Position numbers and translations under genes: made by a program | In this document: positions 1-8,845 of the stretch, one piece after another | Layout of the letters: each line of letters begins with the position of its first letter | Position numbering within the stretch: the stretch's first letter is position 1 | Assembly (NCBI GenBank): GCA_012514915.1 | Contig: JAAYZJ010000318.1 | Span: 1 to 35,905, forward strand | DNA length: 35,905 nt | Direction: 5' to 3' | Source: Lentisphaerota bacterium | GTDB lineage: Bacteria; Verrucomicrobiota; Kiritimatiellia; RFP12; JAAYLN01 | The notes under the pieces: model-generated | Told to the model about the DNA's origin: nothing | The model's input: only the letters and a program-made list of their open reading frames with translations | The model's database searches: none

Positions 1-1046
1 CCGCCACGGCGGATGAAATCTGGGAGCAGACGACGGCCATGCTGGCCCAGCCCGGATTCTCCGCGCGGGGCTTCATGACGCGCAGCAACGTCGAGGTGGT
101 CTGCACGACCGACGACCCCGTCGACTCGCTCGAGCACCACCGGGCCGTCCGCGCGAGCGGCTTCCCGGTACGGATGCTCCCCTCCTGGCGCCCCGACAAG
201 GCGCTGCTCATCGACCGGCCCGCCTTCTGGAACGCCTGGCTCGACAAGCTGGCCGCCGCGTCGGGGAGCGCGGTCGACTCGTATGCCGAACTCCTGCAGG
301 CGCTGGAACGCCGCCACGCCGTCTTTCACGACGCGGGCTGCCGCCTTTCCGACTACGGCCTCGAAACGGTGCCCGACGCCGCTCCCTGCTCCGGGAAGAA
401 GCTGGCCGCCATCTTCGACAAGGTGCGCGCCGGCGGCACGCCGACCGCCGCCGAAGCCGCCCAGTTCCGTTTTGAACTGCTGGTCGCGTGTGGACGGATG
501 GATGCCGCCTCGGACTGGACCTGGCAGATCCACTACGGCGCCCTGCGCAACACCAACACCCGGCTCTTCGAGGCGCTCGGTCCCGATGTCGGCTGCGACA
601 GCATCGGCGACTTCACCGTGGCCCGGGCGATGGCACGCCTCTTCGACCGCCTCGACCGCGACGATGCCCTGCCGCGGACGATCGTCTACACGTTGAATCC
701 GCGCGACAACGAGCTGCTCGGCACCATGATCGGCAATTTCCAGCGGGGCCCCGTGCCGGGCAAGATCCAGTTCGGCAGCGGCTGGTGGTTCAACGACCAG
801 AAGGACGGCATGCGCCGCCAGCTCGAGGCGCTCTCCCAACTGGGGCTGCTGAGCCGCTTCGTCGGGATGCTCACCGACAGCCGCTCGTTCACGAGCTACC
901 CGCGGCACGAGTATTTCCGCCGCATCCTCTGCGGCGTACTGGGCGACGACATGGAACGCGGCGAGCTGCCCGACGATCTGCCCTGGATCGGGAAGGTCGT
1001 GCAGGACATCGCCCACCACAACGCCGCCCGCTATTTCGGTTTCTAA
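1..1046 (+). CDS. uxaC: Glucuronate isomerase (uronate isomerase), 5'-truncated by the window edge
   Basis: Reading frame 3 is open from the window edge (..ATADEIWEQTTAMLAQPGF..). It is collinear with the C-terminal two-thirds of E. coli UxaC, including the motifs TTDDPVDSLEHHR, SWRPDK, LNPRDNE, GSGWWFNDQKDGM, GMLTDSRSF and HEYFRRIL. TAA stop at 1044-1046. Confidence 0.9.
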   Translation, partial: ATADEIWEQTTAMLAQPGFSARGFMTRSNVEVVCTTDDPVDSLEHHRAVRASGFPVRMLPSWRPDKALLIDRPAFWNAWLDKLAAASGSAVDSYAELLQALERRHAVFHDAGCRLSDYGLETVPDAAPCSGKKLAAIFDKVRAGGTPTAAEAAQFRFELLVACGRMDAASDWTWQIHYGALRNTNTRLFEALGPDVGCDSIGDFTVARAMARLFDRLDRDDALPRTIVYTLNPRDNELLGTMIGNFQRGPVPGKIQFGSGWWFNDQKDGMRRQLEALSQLGLLSRFVGMLTDSRSFTSYPRHEYFRRILCGVLGDDMERGELPDDLPWIGKVVQDIAHHNAARYFGF

Positions 1047-1076
1047 TGCGGGCAAAGCCTGCAACCCTCACCCCGC

Positions 1077-1097
1077 CCCTCTCCCAGCGGGAGAGGG
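1077..1097. terminator. Perfect 9-bp stem / 3-nt loop hairpin between convergent genes; candidate bidirectional terminator or REP-like palindrome
   Basis: ccctctccc (1077-1085), agc loop, gggagaggg (1089-1097). It lies in the 93-bp gap between the uxaC stop (1046) and the lactonase stop (1140). A short T-run (cgttttt) follows about 10 nt downstream on +. Confidence 0.45.
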
Positions 1098-1139
1098 AGA
1101 AAACAACGTTTTTGGTTGGCCTTGTCGACCGGCAAGTAA

Positions 1140-2201
1140 CTAACCCGCGACGATGCAGGTGGGGCGGTGGACGGGATAGGTGCCCGGTTGCCGCGTGATC
1201 GCGCCGCTGGCGGGATCGAAGGCGTAGCAGGCGATTTCGTTCGACAGCTTGTGCCCCACCAGCAGCGTGCGGCCGTCGGGCAGCAGTTCGAAATCGCGCG
1301 GGAACGAGCCGGTCAGCGGTGAAATCGCCAAGCGTTCGAGCCGGCCGCTGTCGGGGTCGATGGCAAATGTGGTCAGACTGTCGAAGCCGCGGTTCGAGGT
1401 GATGAGACAACGCCCGTCGGGGGTCACTTTCAGCGCGGCGGCCTTGCTCTCGCCGGCGAAGTCGTCCGGCAGCGCGCGGATCGTTTGAATCTCCTCGAAC
1501 GATTCACCCGTGTAGCGCAGGGCGACGACCGTGCTGTCGAGCTCGTTCAGAAGAAACGCCAAACGGCCATTGGGATGGAAGCGGAGATGGCGCGGGCCGG
1601 CGCCGGGCGCGGCATGAAACGCGCGGGCGGGGTCGGCGCGCAGGCCCTGGCGGGCGTGGGCGAAGTCGTAGAGGATGACCTGGTCGAGGCCGAGGTCGCA
1701 GACCGTGAGCCAGCGGCCGTCGGGCGTGACGGCCGCGAAGTGGGCATGGGCGCTCTCCTGGCGCACCGGATCCGGCCCGCGCCCCTTGTGCCGGACCGTG
1801 ACGAGCGAATCGGACGCCAGCGCGCCGTTGGCATCGAGGGCCAGCAGGCCGGCGTGTCCCCCGGCGTACTCAGCAAAGACGAGTGTCTGTTCATCGGGCG
1901 CGAGCGATAGATGGCAGGGGACGCTTCCCGGCGTCGGGCACATGTTCAGCCGCCTCAGGGATGCCCCTTCGATGGCATAGGCTGCCACGGCCCCGGCCGC
2001 GTCGCGGGGGGCGCCCGGCGCGCGGCTGCACACCGTGTAGAGGCGGGTTCGCGCCCGGTTCAGGGCGAGATACGTCGGGTTCTCGATGCCCTTCAGCACA
2101 TTGAGCGGCCGCAGTTCGCCCGCCGCAGGATCAACGTCGAGGACATGAATCCCCGCCAGGCTCTCGTCGGTGTAGCTGCCCACCCAGACCATCGTGTTCA
2201 T
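1140..2201 (-). CDS. Lactonase family protein (6-phosphogluconolactonase / 3-carboxymuconate cyclase-like 7-bladed beta-propeller)
   Basis: The 375-aa ORF runs 1140-2267. I place the start at the internal ATG at 2201 (MNTMVWVGSYTDES..) because it aligns with YbhE-type N-termini. Blade-like repeats with VTPDGR, FHPNGR and LLPDGR motifs. TAG stop at 1140-1142. Confidence 0.75.
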   Translation of the reverse strand: MNTMVWVGSYTDESLAGIHVLDVDPAAGELRPLNVLKGIENPTYLALNRARTRLYTVCSRAPGAPRDAAGAVAAYAIEGASLRRLNMCPTPGSVPCHLSLAPDEQTLVFAEYAGGHAGLLALDANGALASDSLVTVRHKGRGPDPVRQESAHAHFAAVTPDGRWLTVCDLGLDQVILYDFAHARQGLRADPARAFHAAPGAGPRHLRFHPNGRLAFLLNELDSTVVALRYTGESFEEIQTIRALPDDFAGESKAAALKVTPDGRCLITSNRGFDSLTTFAIDPDSGRLERLAISPLTGSFPRDFELLPDGRTLLVGHKLSNEIACYAFDPASGAITRQPGTYPVHRPTCIVAG

Positions 2202-2379
2202 GTGAAAAGCATAGCCACCGCGACCGGCGTCGTCAAATCCTCGCTGACGACTCCATTCGACGACCATCGCCTACGATCAACCCCAGCAAGAGAACAGCCG
2301 CCGGGGGGGGGGCAGGCTCCAGCGGTCCGGCTTTCTTTTCGCAGGTTATGCCCCCTCATCAAGCAGAAATCGATCGCCG

Positions 2380-2408
2380 TTTTCATTTCAGGCCCCCTGT
2401 GCTACACT
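2380..2408 (+). promoter_or_regulatory. Candidate sigma70-type promoter with extended -10 for nrnA
   Basis: TTTTCA (2380-2385), 17-nt spacer ending in TG, then TACACT (2403-2408), giving TGcTACACT. The ATG is at 2420, only 12 nt after the -10. Called by eye only. Confidence 0.3.
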
Positions 2409-2419
2409 AAGGACGATTT

Positions 2420-3415
2420 ATGACGACTATCCCCCCGTCTGACCCCATGCAATCCGTTTTGGACCGCCTGCTGGCGGCCAAGCGCGTGGTTGTGACCGCC
2501 CACATACGGCCCGATGGCGACGCACTGGGCTCCGCACTGGCCCTGGGTGGTTTGCTGCGTCGGCAGGGTAAGACGGTCCAGGTGGCGCTTGACCGCGACG
2601 AAATCGGAGTGGCAGGCGTCCTGGTGGGGCCCCACGTCCTTGTGCCGACCGCGGAAGCCGACCCGCGCGCCGACTTGCTGGCAGTGGTGGACTGCGCCGT
2701 CAAGCACCGCATGCCGGAAGCGCTGTCGCCCTGGGTAGGACGCCTGCCGACAGTCAACATCGACCATCACCCGACGAACACCCGTTTCGGGAATGCGCAG
2801 TGGATCGATGCACATGCGAGCAGCACCGGGGAACTGATCTGGCGGCTCGCGCGGCAGGCGGGATGGACGATGGACCGCAAGATCGCCGAGGCGTTATGGG
2901 TCGCCCTGATCACCGACACGGGGCGGTTCGCCTACGAGGCGACGTCGCCGACCACGCTCACCTGCGCGAGCGACCTGCTTACGTACGGCGTGAGGACGGC
3001 CTGGCTCAACGAGCAAATCTATTCGATCTTCGACTGGCGTGTCCTCCAGTTGCGCAAGCGCGCCTATGCCAGTCTGGAAACATGGCAGGGGGGACGGGTT
3101 TCCGTCGTGTCGCTGGGGCACGACGATTTCGCCGCCACCGGATGCACCAAGGCCGATGCCGAAGACATCATCGAGATTCCCCGTTCCCTGCGCGGCAGCC
3201 AGATCGCGCTGTTTCTCTACGAGACGGAACCGGAGGCCGTGCAGACGCGCGTCAGCATCCGCACCCGTCCTCCGCTCGATGCCATCCTCCTCGCCAAGCG
3301 CTACGGCGGCGGCGGGCACCACCGCGCGGCGGGGGCCAACGTGCCGGGGGGGCTTGCGGCGGCCCGTGCCGAACTGCGCCGCGCCATCGAGTCCGACGGG
3401 CTCTACGGCGCCTAG
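2420..3415 (+). CDS. nrnA: DHH-family phosphoesterase, bifunctional oligoribonuclease / pAp phosphatase NrnA type
   Basis: 331 aa. DHH motifs: HIRPDGDALGS (motif I), NIDHHPTN (DHH) and the DHHA1 motif GGGGHHRAAGA near the C-terminus. Confidence 0.85.
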   Translation: MTTIPPSDPMQSVLDRLLAAKRVVVTAHIRPDGDALGSALALGGLLRRQGKTVQVALDRDEIGVAGVLVGPHVLVPTAEADPRADLLAVVDCAVKHRMPEALSPWVGRLPTVNIDHHPTNTRFGNAQWIDAHASSTGELIWRLARQAGWTMDRKIAEALWVALITDTGRFAYEATSPTTLTCASDLLTYGVRTAWLNEQIYSIFDWRVLQLRKRAYASLETWQGGRVSVVSLGHDDFAATGCTKADAEDIIEIPRSLRGSQIALFLYETEPEAVQTRVSIRTRPPLDAILLAKRYGGGGHHRAAGANVPGGLAAARAELRRAIESDGLYGA

Positions 3416-3517
3416 ACACGGGTACTCGGTTGGAAGCTGTGAAATAATCGCCTGCATACGGTCGGGACGGAGCCCGACCCTCCAAAACGCAAGGAAAACG
3501 GCGTATTATTGACCACT

Positions 3518-3551
3518 GGGGGGCGGGGCGACAACCGCACCCCCATTTTTT
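3518..3551 (+). terminator. Intrinsic terminator-like hairpin plus T-tract downstream of nrnA
   Basis: GC-rich stem: gggggg-cgg (3518-3526) pairs with ccg-c(a)ccccc (3535-3544), 9 bp with one A bulge and an 8-nt loop. It is followed immediately by a-tttttt (3545-3551). Confidence 0.55.
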
Positions 3552-3557
3552 CACGGC

Positions 3558-3587
3558 TTGACCAAGTGTCTGCCCCTTCCCTATAAT
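3558..3587 (+). promoter_or_regulatory. Near-consensus sigma70-type promoter (TTGACC-N18-TATAAT)
   Basis: TTGACC at 3558-3563 and TATAAT at 3582-3587. The GTG start of the next ORF (3595) lies 7 nt after the -10, with no purine-rich SD in between. Confidence 0.5.
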
Positions 3588-3594
3588 TTCGCTT

Positions 3595-4674
3595 GTGAGC
3601 GATACACGCATAGAGACCGATTCACTTGTCGAGCAGCTACTCCACGGCACGCCACTTGCCGCCTGGCGGCGGCTGGTCGAGAGCGCGCGTCTGTTTGAAC
3701 AGCTGGCTCCGTGGGGCTGGATATCCCCCAGCCAGTTTATTGGCCTGCGTTTCGCCGCCGACACCCCCATCGCCTTCGTCAGCATCATGGGCGCGCAGTT
3801 GCCGACCCACTGCTGCTTCGCCTATCTGGGGTGGGAGGCGCTGGCGACCATTCAAGAGCAGATGCAGGCGCAGCAGCTCTCGATCCGCGACCTGATCGAG
3901 ACTCCGGCCCTGCAAGTGAACTTTCCGGAGGCCAGCACGCTCGACCCCAAAGACCTCGCCATCCTGGCGGCGTGCCCCCTGCCGCTGGACAAGTCCACAC
4001 GGGCGCCTCTTTTCCGCAGCCACCGTCCGGGGTTCCTGCCCTGGATTCTCGATACGGATGAAGTGCACCTGATGACGGAAATCCTCCGTCAAACGGCGGG
4101 CGTCGCCATGCGGAGCGAAACCGACCCGGCCTTGCTCGAGCCACCGGAGCCGGGCCTGGTCCTCGTCCGGAGCCACAATGCGGCCGGCGCCTGGGTGGAG
4201 GAGTGGCTCCCCTGCCCGGCGCGCGCCGAATTCGACAGGCCCCCGGTGCTGGATGTCGCCAAGCTCGCGCAGGTCGCGGCCCTGCGCTGCGGGCCGGCCC
4301 GCGTGCAGTTCGATCTTTCCCTTACCCGGGCGACCGTCGGCGAAAAGGGGAGCCGCATCCGCACCACCTACCTGCTGGCGGCTTTCGACAGCGAGGACGG
4401 TCGCTGCATCGGCGCCGACGTCATCCTGCCGACGGACGGCATCCCCGCGATGTGGCGGTCGGTGCCGGACCGACTGCTCGCGATCTGTCTCCATGCCGGC
4501 ACCCGGCCGCGCGAGATCGAGGTCTGCTCGGAGCAGATGATGGAAACGCTGCGTCCCCTGCTGGGCAAATTGCCGATCCGGCTGACGTTCCGCAGAAACC
4601 TGCCGCATTTTCAAGCCTTTATCGACAACATGGACCCGGCCGCACGGGCCACGGAGATGCAGCCCCATGAATAG
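3595..4674 (+). CDS. Hypothetical protein (359 aa), no family recognised
   Basis: GTG-initiated ORF directly downstream of the strong promoter. Its 3' end overlaps the pdxJ start by 8 nt. Normal amino-acid composition, unlike the R/G/P-rich mirror ORF 3637-4713 on the minus strand. Confidence 0.6.
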   Translation: MSDTRIETDSLVEQLLHGTPLAAWRRLVESARLFEQLAPWGWISPSQFIGLRFAADTPIAFVSIMGAQLPTHCCFAYLGWEALATIQEQMQAQQLSIRDLIETPALQVNFPEASTLDPKDLAILAACPLPLDKSTRAPLFRSHRPGFLPWILDTDEVHLMTEILRQTAGVAMRSETDPALLEPPEPGLVLVRSHNAAGAWVEEWLPCPARAEFDRPPVLDVAKLAQVAALRCGPARVQFDLSLTRATVGEKGSRIRTTYLLAAFDSEDGRCIGADVILPTDGIPAMWRSVPDRLLAICLHAGTRPREIEVCSEQMMETLRPLLGKLPIRLTFRRNLPHFQAFIDNMDPAARATEMQPHE

Positions 4675-5410
4675 CCCCGTCCGACTCGGCGTGAACATCG
4701 ACCATGTCGCCACCCTGCGCCAGGCACGCCGATCTGATTATCCCGACATTGTCGAGGCCGCCCGGATCTGCGAGGAGGCCGGCGCCTGCGGCATCACGGT
4801 TCATCTTCGCGAGGATCGGCGGCATATCCAGGACGACGACGTGATCCGCCTCCGGCGGGCGATCGCGACCCGCCTGAACCTCGAAATGGCCAACGCCCCC
4901 GATGTGCTGGCGCGCGCGGTCGAGGTTCGTCCGCACGAGGCCTGCCTCGTGCCGGAGCACCGCGAGGAATTGACGACCGAGGGCGGCCTCGATGCCGACG
5001 GGAACCGTCAGGCCCTCGCCGCGACGATCCGCGCCCTGCAGGATGTCGGCACGGAGGTCAGTCTCTTCATCGATCCCGAGCCCCGGCAGATCGAGGCGGC
5101 CGCCGCGCTCGGCGCGACGCACATCGAGCTGCACACCGGCACCTATTGCCGCCTGCACGGTGCCCGCCAGGCGGAGGAGCTCGCGCGCCTGACCGAGGCG
5201 GCGCAACTGGCCCACCAGGCCGGACTGATCGTGAACGCCGGGCATGGCTTGACGCTCGCCAATGTGGGCCCCGTCTGCCGCATCCCGCGGATGCACGTGT
5301 TGAACATCGGGCACAGCATCGTGTGCCACGCCGTCTTCGTCGGCCTGGCCGCGGCCACGCGCGCCATGCTCGCGGCCATGGCCGCCGCGCCGCAGGCAGA
5401 ACCGTCATGA
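4667..5410 (+). CDS. pdxJ: Pyridoxine 5'-phosphate synthase
   Basis: 247 aa. The N-terminus [15 protein letters not shown] and [13 protein letters not shown] are hallmark PdxJ motifs. Full-length collinearity with PdxJ. Confidence 0.95.
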   Translation: MNSPVRLGVNIDHVATLRQARRSDYPDIVEAARICEEAGACGITVHLREDRRHIQDDDVIRLRRAIATRLNLEMANAPDVLARAVEVRPHEACLVPEHREELTTEGGLDADGNRQALAATIRALQDVGTEVSLFIDPEPRQIEAAAALGATHIELHTGTYCRLHGARQAEELARLTEAAQLAHQAGLIVNAGHGLTLANVGPVCRIPRMHVLNIGHSIVCHAVFVGLAAATRAMLAAMAAAPQAEPS

Positions 5411-6993
5411 GATTCCGCTCCGTCGCCGCAATCCGCCAGCGCGAAGCCGTCGCGATCGGGCAAGGTCTCCCGGCGGCCGTTCTCATGGAGCGGGCCGGCA
5501 CGGGACTGGCGCGCGCCATCTACCGGCTGCTCCGGGCCCGGGGGGGGAGCATGTGCCTGTTCGCGACGGGGCATGGCAACAACGGCGGCGACGCCTTTGT
5601 CGCGGCCCGTCTGCTGGAGCAGTGGGGCGTCCGCTGCGAGCTGCGTTTGACCGCCGCTCCGGCGGCGTTGAAGGGCGCGGCGCGGCAAGCCTGGGAGCTG
5701 CATGAGGCCGCGGCCGCGCCGCATGCCGTGGTCGACATGGTCGACCGCGACGTGCTCTGGCGCGAGAGCGACCCCGCGGCGGCCGTACCGCCGGACGCCG
5801 TCGTGGTCGATGCGCTGCTGGGCACCGGCGCGCGCGGCGCGCCGGACGGAACCATCCGCGCGGCGATCGACTGGATCCATTGCTGCGCGCCGCACGCCGC
5901 CATCGTGGCAGTCGACCTGCCGTCGGGCATGGACGGCGACACCGGCGCGCCCCTGGGCGGCGCGTCGGTCCGTGCCGATCTGACCGTCACCTTCGACGCC
6001 CCCAAGCGCGGCTTTCAATTTCCCTGCGCCTGGCCCGCGCTGGGGCGGGTCGAGACCGTCGACATCGGCCTGCCGGACGACGGCGGGGAGCCGAACGACG
6101 AACACGGCGCCTGCGACGCGCTGACGGCAACCGATCTGGCGCCCTTGATCCGCCGGCGCCGGCGTGACAGCCACAAGGGGGACTACGGACACCTGCTGGT
6201 GGTCGGCGGTTCCGCCGGGATGGCGGGCGCCCCGGCGCTGGCGGCGCTGGGGGCGCTGCGCGCCGGCGCGGGGCTCGTCAGCGCGCTTGTCCCCGCGTGC
6301 GCGGCGGCGACGCTCGCCACCTGCGTCCCCGAGGCGATGACGTTCACACTCCCGGAACGGGGGGAAGCCGCGGCGGGGACGGCGCTTCCCCTGGGCCGGC
6401 GGACACTGACCGACTTCGACACCCTCGTCGCGGGTCCCGGACTGGGCACGGACGACGGGGCGAGAGGACGGATCGCGGCGCTGCTCGCGGCGGCACCTCC
6501 CCGCCTCCTCCTCGACGCCGACGCGTTAAATGTCCTGGCCCTTGACCGTCCCCTCCGCACCCTGGGCGGACCTGGACGGGTCATTCTGACCCCGCATCCG
6601 GGCGAGGCGGCGCGGCTGCTCGGCACGACGACGGCGGCGGTGCAGGGCGACCGGGCCGCGGCGGTGCGGCGTCTGGCCGACGCGACGGGAGCGGTTGTCG
6701 TGCTAAAAGGGTGCGCCACACTCGTCTGCGCCCCTGGCGGGCGGCCGCTGATGAATCTGACGGGCAATCCGGGACTGGCATCGGGCGGCAGCGGCGATGT
6801 CCTGAGCGGGGTGATCGGCGCGCTCTGGGGGCAGGGCCTGTCGGCGCCGGAGGCGGCGGCGCTCGGCGTCTACCTGCATGCCACGGCGGCCGACCTGGCG
6901 GCCTGGCGCGGCGGCGAAGCCGCCTTGATCGCCAGGGATGTCGCGGCGCATCTGGGCGAAGCGGCGGCCACCCTCGGTGCCGGGCACCCTTGA
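5407..6993 (+). CDS. nnr: Bifunctional NAD(P)H-hydrate repair enzyme (YjeF_N epimerase + ADP-dependent dehydratase)
   Basis: The start is placed at ATG 5407 ([13 protein letters not shown]..), which overlaps the pdxJ TGA as ATGA. The upstream 87 codons of ORF 5146-6993 are an overlap artefact. [16 protein letters not shown] is the YjeF_N motif. The C-terminal carbohydrate-kinase-like domain has [14 protein letters not shown] and [16 protein letters not shown]. Confidence 0.9.
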   Translation: MRFRSVAAIRQREAVAIGQGLPAAVLMERAGTGLARAIYRLLRARGGSMCLFATGHGNNGGDAFVAARLLEQWGVRCELRLTAAPAALKGAARQAWELHEAAAAPHAVVDMVDRDVLWRESDPAAAVPPDAVVVDALLGTGARGAPDGTIRAAIDWIHCCAPHAAIVAVDLPSGMDGDTGAPLGGASVRADLTVTFDAPKRGFQFPCAWPALGRVETVDIGLPDDGGEPNDEHGACDALTATDLAPLIRRRRRDSHKGDYGHLLVVGGSAGMAGAPALAALGALRAGAGLVSALVPACAAATLATCVPEAMTFTLPERGEAAAGTALPLGRRTLTDFDTLVAGPGLGTDDGARGRIAALLAAAPPRLLLDADALNVLALDRPLRTLGGPGRVILTPHPGEAARLLGTTTAAVQGDRAAAVRRLADATGAVVVLKGCATLVCAPGGRPLMNLTGNPGLASGGSGDVLSGVIGALWGQGLSAPEAAALGVYLHATAADLAAWRGGEAALIARDVAAHLGEAAATLGAGHP

Positions 6994-7043
6994 AGGAACG
7001 GCCGCCGGCCAGGCCCGCGGCCGACATACAAGCAGGAGACACC

Positions 7044-7919
7044 ATGCAGACCATCGGTTTCATCGGCACGGGCGTCATGGGCAGCAGCATGGCGGGGCAT
7101 CTGCTGGCCGCCGGCCACACGCTGCACCTCACGACGCGGACACGCGCCCGGGCGCAGGAGCTGCTCAATCACGGCGCCGTGTGGCACGAGACCCCGGCGG
7201 CGCTGGCCCCCCGGTGCGACACCGTCTGCACGATGGTCGGTTTTCCCGCCGATGTGGAGGCGGTCTATTTCGGAGCCGACGGTCTTCTGGCGGCGGCCCG
7301 GCCCGGGACGCTGCTGATCGATTTCACGACCTCGTGTCCCGACCTCGCGGCGCGCATCGCCGCCGAGGCCCGTTCACGCGGACTGCGGACGCTCGACGCG
7401 CCCGTCTCGGGCGGCGACAAGGGCGCGCGCGAGGCGACCCTCTCGATCATGGTAGGCGGCGACCGGGAGGTTTTCGAAGCCGCCCTGCCGCTGTTCAACC
7501 TCATGGGCAGACGGATCGTGCATCAGGGGCCGGCGGGCAGCGGGCAGCACGCCAAGATGTGCAATCAGATCGCGATTGCGGGCAACATGATCGGCGTCTG
7601 CGAGGCGCTGGCCTATGCCCGGCGGGCGGGACTCGACCCGGAACAGGTGCTGGCCAGCATCGCCTCGGGAGCCGCGGGAAGCTGGTCGCTCTCGAACCTG
7701 GCGCCACGCATGCTGGCCGGCGACTTCGCGCCCGGCTTCTACGTCAAGCATTTCGTCAAGGATCTGGGAATCGCGCTCGAGTCGGCGCGGGCGATGAAGC
7801 TCGATCTGCCCGGCCTCGCCCTCGCCCTGCGGTTGTACCGCGAGCTGGCGGAGGCGGGCGCGGCCGAGTGCGGCACGCAGGCGCTGATCCGGCGCTGGGA
7901 GGCAAGTGGCGGGCGGTAG
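7044..7919 (+). CDS. NAD(P)-dependent oxidoreductase, 3-hydroxyisobutyrate dehydrogenase / 2-hydroxy-3-oxopropionate reductase family
   Basis: Start at ATG 7044 with an AGGAGA SD at 7034-7039. Rossmann motif IGFIGTGVMGSSMAGHL. DAPVSGG and the catalytic-Lys region GSGQHAKMCNQ are typical of the HIBADH family. Confidence 0.85.
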   Translation: MQTIGFIGTGVMGSSMAGHLLAAGHTLHLTTRTRARAQELLNHGAVWHETPAALAPRCDTVCTMVGFPADVEAVYFGADGLLAAARPGTLLIDFTTSCPDLAARIAAEARSRGLRTLDAPVSGGDKGAREATLSIMVGGDREVFEAALPLFNLMGRRIVHQGPAGSGQHAKMCNQIAIAGNMIGVCEALAYARRAGLDPEQVLASIASGAAGSWSLSNLAPRMLAGDFAPGFYVKHFVKDLGIALESARAMKLDLPGLALALRLYRELAEAGAAECGTQALIRRWEASGGR

Positions 7920-7930
7920 GCGGTGGCGTG

Positions 7931-8845
7931 TCAGCGGGAGAGGGCCTGAACCGCCGCGCGGAGGGCGCGGATATGGTCGGGCGTCGTGCCGCAGCAGCCC
8001 CCGATGATCGACGCGCCGGCGTCCACGAGGCGGGGCACCTGCGCCGCCATCTCCGCGGGAGTTTCCGGGAAGACGTCCTGGCCGTCCACCTGCGCCGGGA
8101 GGCCGGCATTGGCATGCACGAGCAGCGGCACCCCGGCGGCGACGGACCGCATGGCCCGCACGATCTCCACCATCCGTTCGCTGCCGTTGCCGCAGTTGGT
8201 GCCGACGATGTCGGCGCCGTCCGCCAGCATCGCCGCGGCCGCCTCCTCGGGCGACACGCCCATCATGGTGCGGTAGTCGCCCTGCACTGTGCGTGAAAAG
8301 GTGAAGGTGACGATGGCCGTGCAGGCGGTGTGCGCCTTGACGGCCCGCAGCGCCAGCCGTGCCTCCTGGATGTCGCTCATCGTCTCGATGCAGATCGCGT
8401 CGGCGCCGCCCCGCGCCAGCGCCACCACCTGCTCGCGGAAGCTGGCGGCCATCTCGGCCTCGGTGACGTCGCCCATCAGCAGCAGCTTGCCCGTGGGCCC
8501 CACCGAGGCAATCACCCATTTTTCGCCGCCCGCCTCGGCGGCCGCCTCGGCCGAGAGACGCGCGGCGGCCTCGTTGATCGCGACCGCCTGGCCGGACAAG
8601 CCGAAGTGGGCGAGCTGCAGCGAATTGGCGCCGAACGAGTTGGTCTCGACCAGGTCGGCACCGGCCGCGAAATAGGCCTCGGCGATCGCCTTGACCTCGC
8701 GGGGATGATCCAGCGACCAGCGGTCGGGATTCTCGCCGACCTGAAGCCCCTTGGCTTTGAGAAAGGTGCCCCAGGCGCCGTCGGACACCAGGATGCGTCC
8801 GCTGCGGAGCGCCTCGAGGAGTGTGCGTTTCGGAGTGGTCTTCAT
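7931..8845 (-). CDS. Homocysteine S-methyltransferase family protein (stand-alone Hcy-binding domain)
   Basis: 304 aa. DGAWGT.., VETNSFGAN and the C-terminal zinc-ligand motif GGCCGTTPDHI are typical of the MetH N-terminal / BHMT / MmuM Hcy-binding domain. Its ATG (8845-8843) overlaps the upstream gene's TGA (ATGA). Confidence 0.85.
   Translation of the reverse strand: MKTTPKRTLLEALRSGRILVSDGAWGTFLKAKGLQVGENPDRWSLDHPREVKAIAEAYFAAGADLVETNSFGANSLQLAHFGLSGQAVAINEAAARLSAEAAAEAGGEKWVIASVGPTGKLLLMGDVTEAEMAASFREQVVALARGGADAICIETMSDIQEARLALRAVKAHTACTAIVTFTFSRTVQGDYRTMMGVSPEEAAAAMLADGADIVGTNCGNGSERMVEIVRAMRSVAAGVPLLVHANAGLPAQVDGQDVFPETPAEMAAQVPRLVDAGASIIGGCCGTTPDHIRALRAAVQALSR

Noticed and set aside
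3461-3478. A short hairpin, gtcggg-acggag-cccgac, downstream of nrnA.
   Set aside because: It has only a 6-bp stem and no T-tract. The stronger hairpin plus T6 at 3518-3551 is the better terminator candidate. It may be a REP-like fragment, but this cannot be supported from one copy.
3637-4713. A 358-aa minus-strand ORF almost exactly mirroring the 359-aa hypothetical.
   Set aside because: The plus-strand frame is preceded by a near-consensus promoter, overlaps the pdxJ start in operon fashion and has balanced composition. The minus frame is R/G/A/P/D-rich. The strand call is less certain than for motif-bearing genes because the protein family is unknown.
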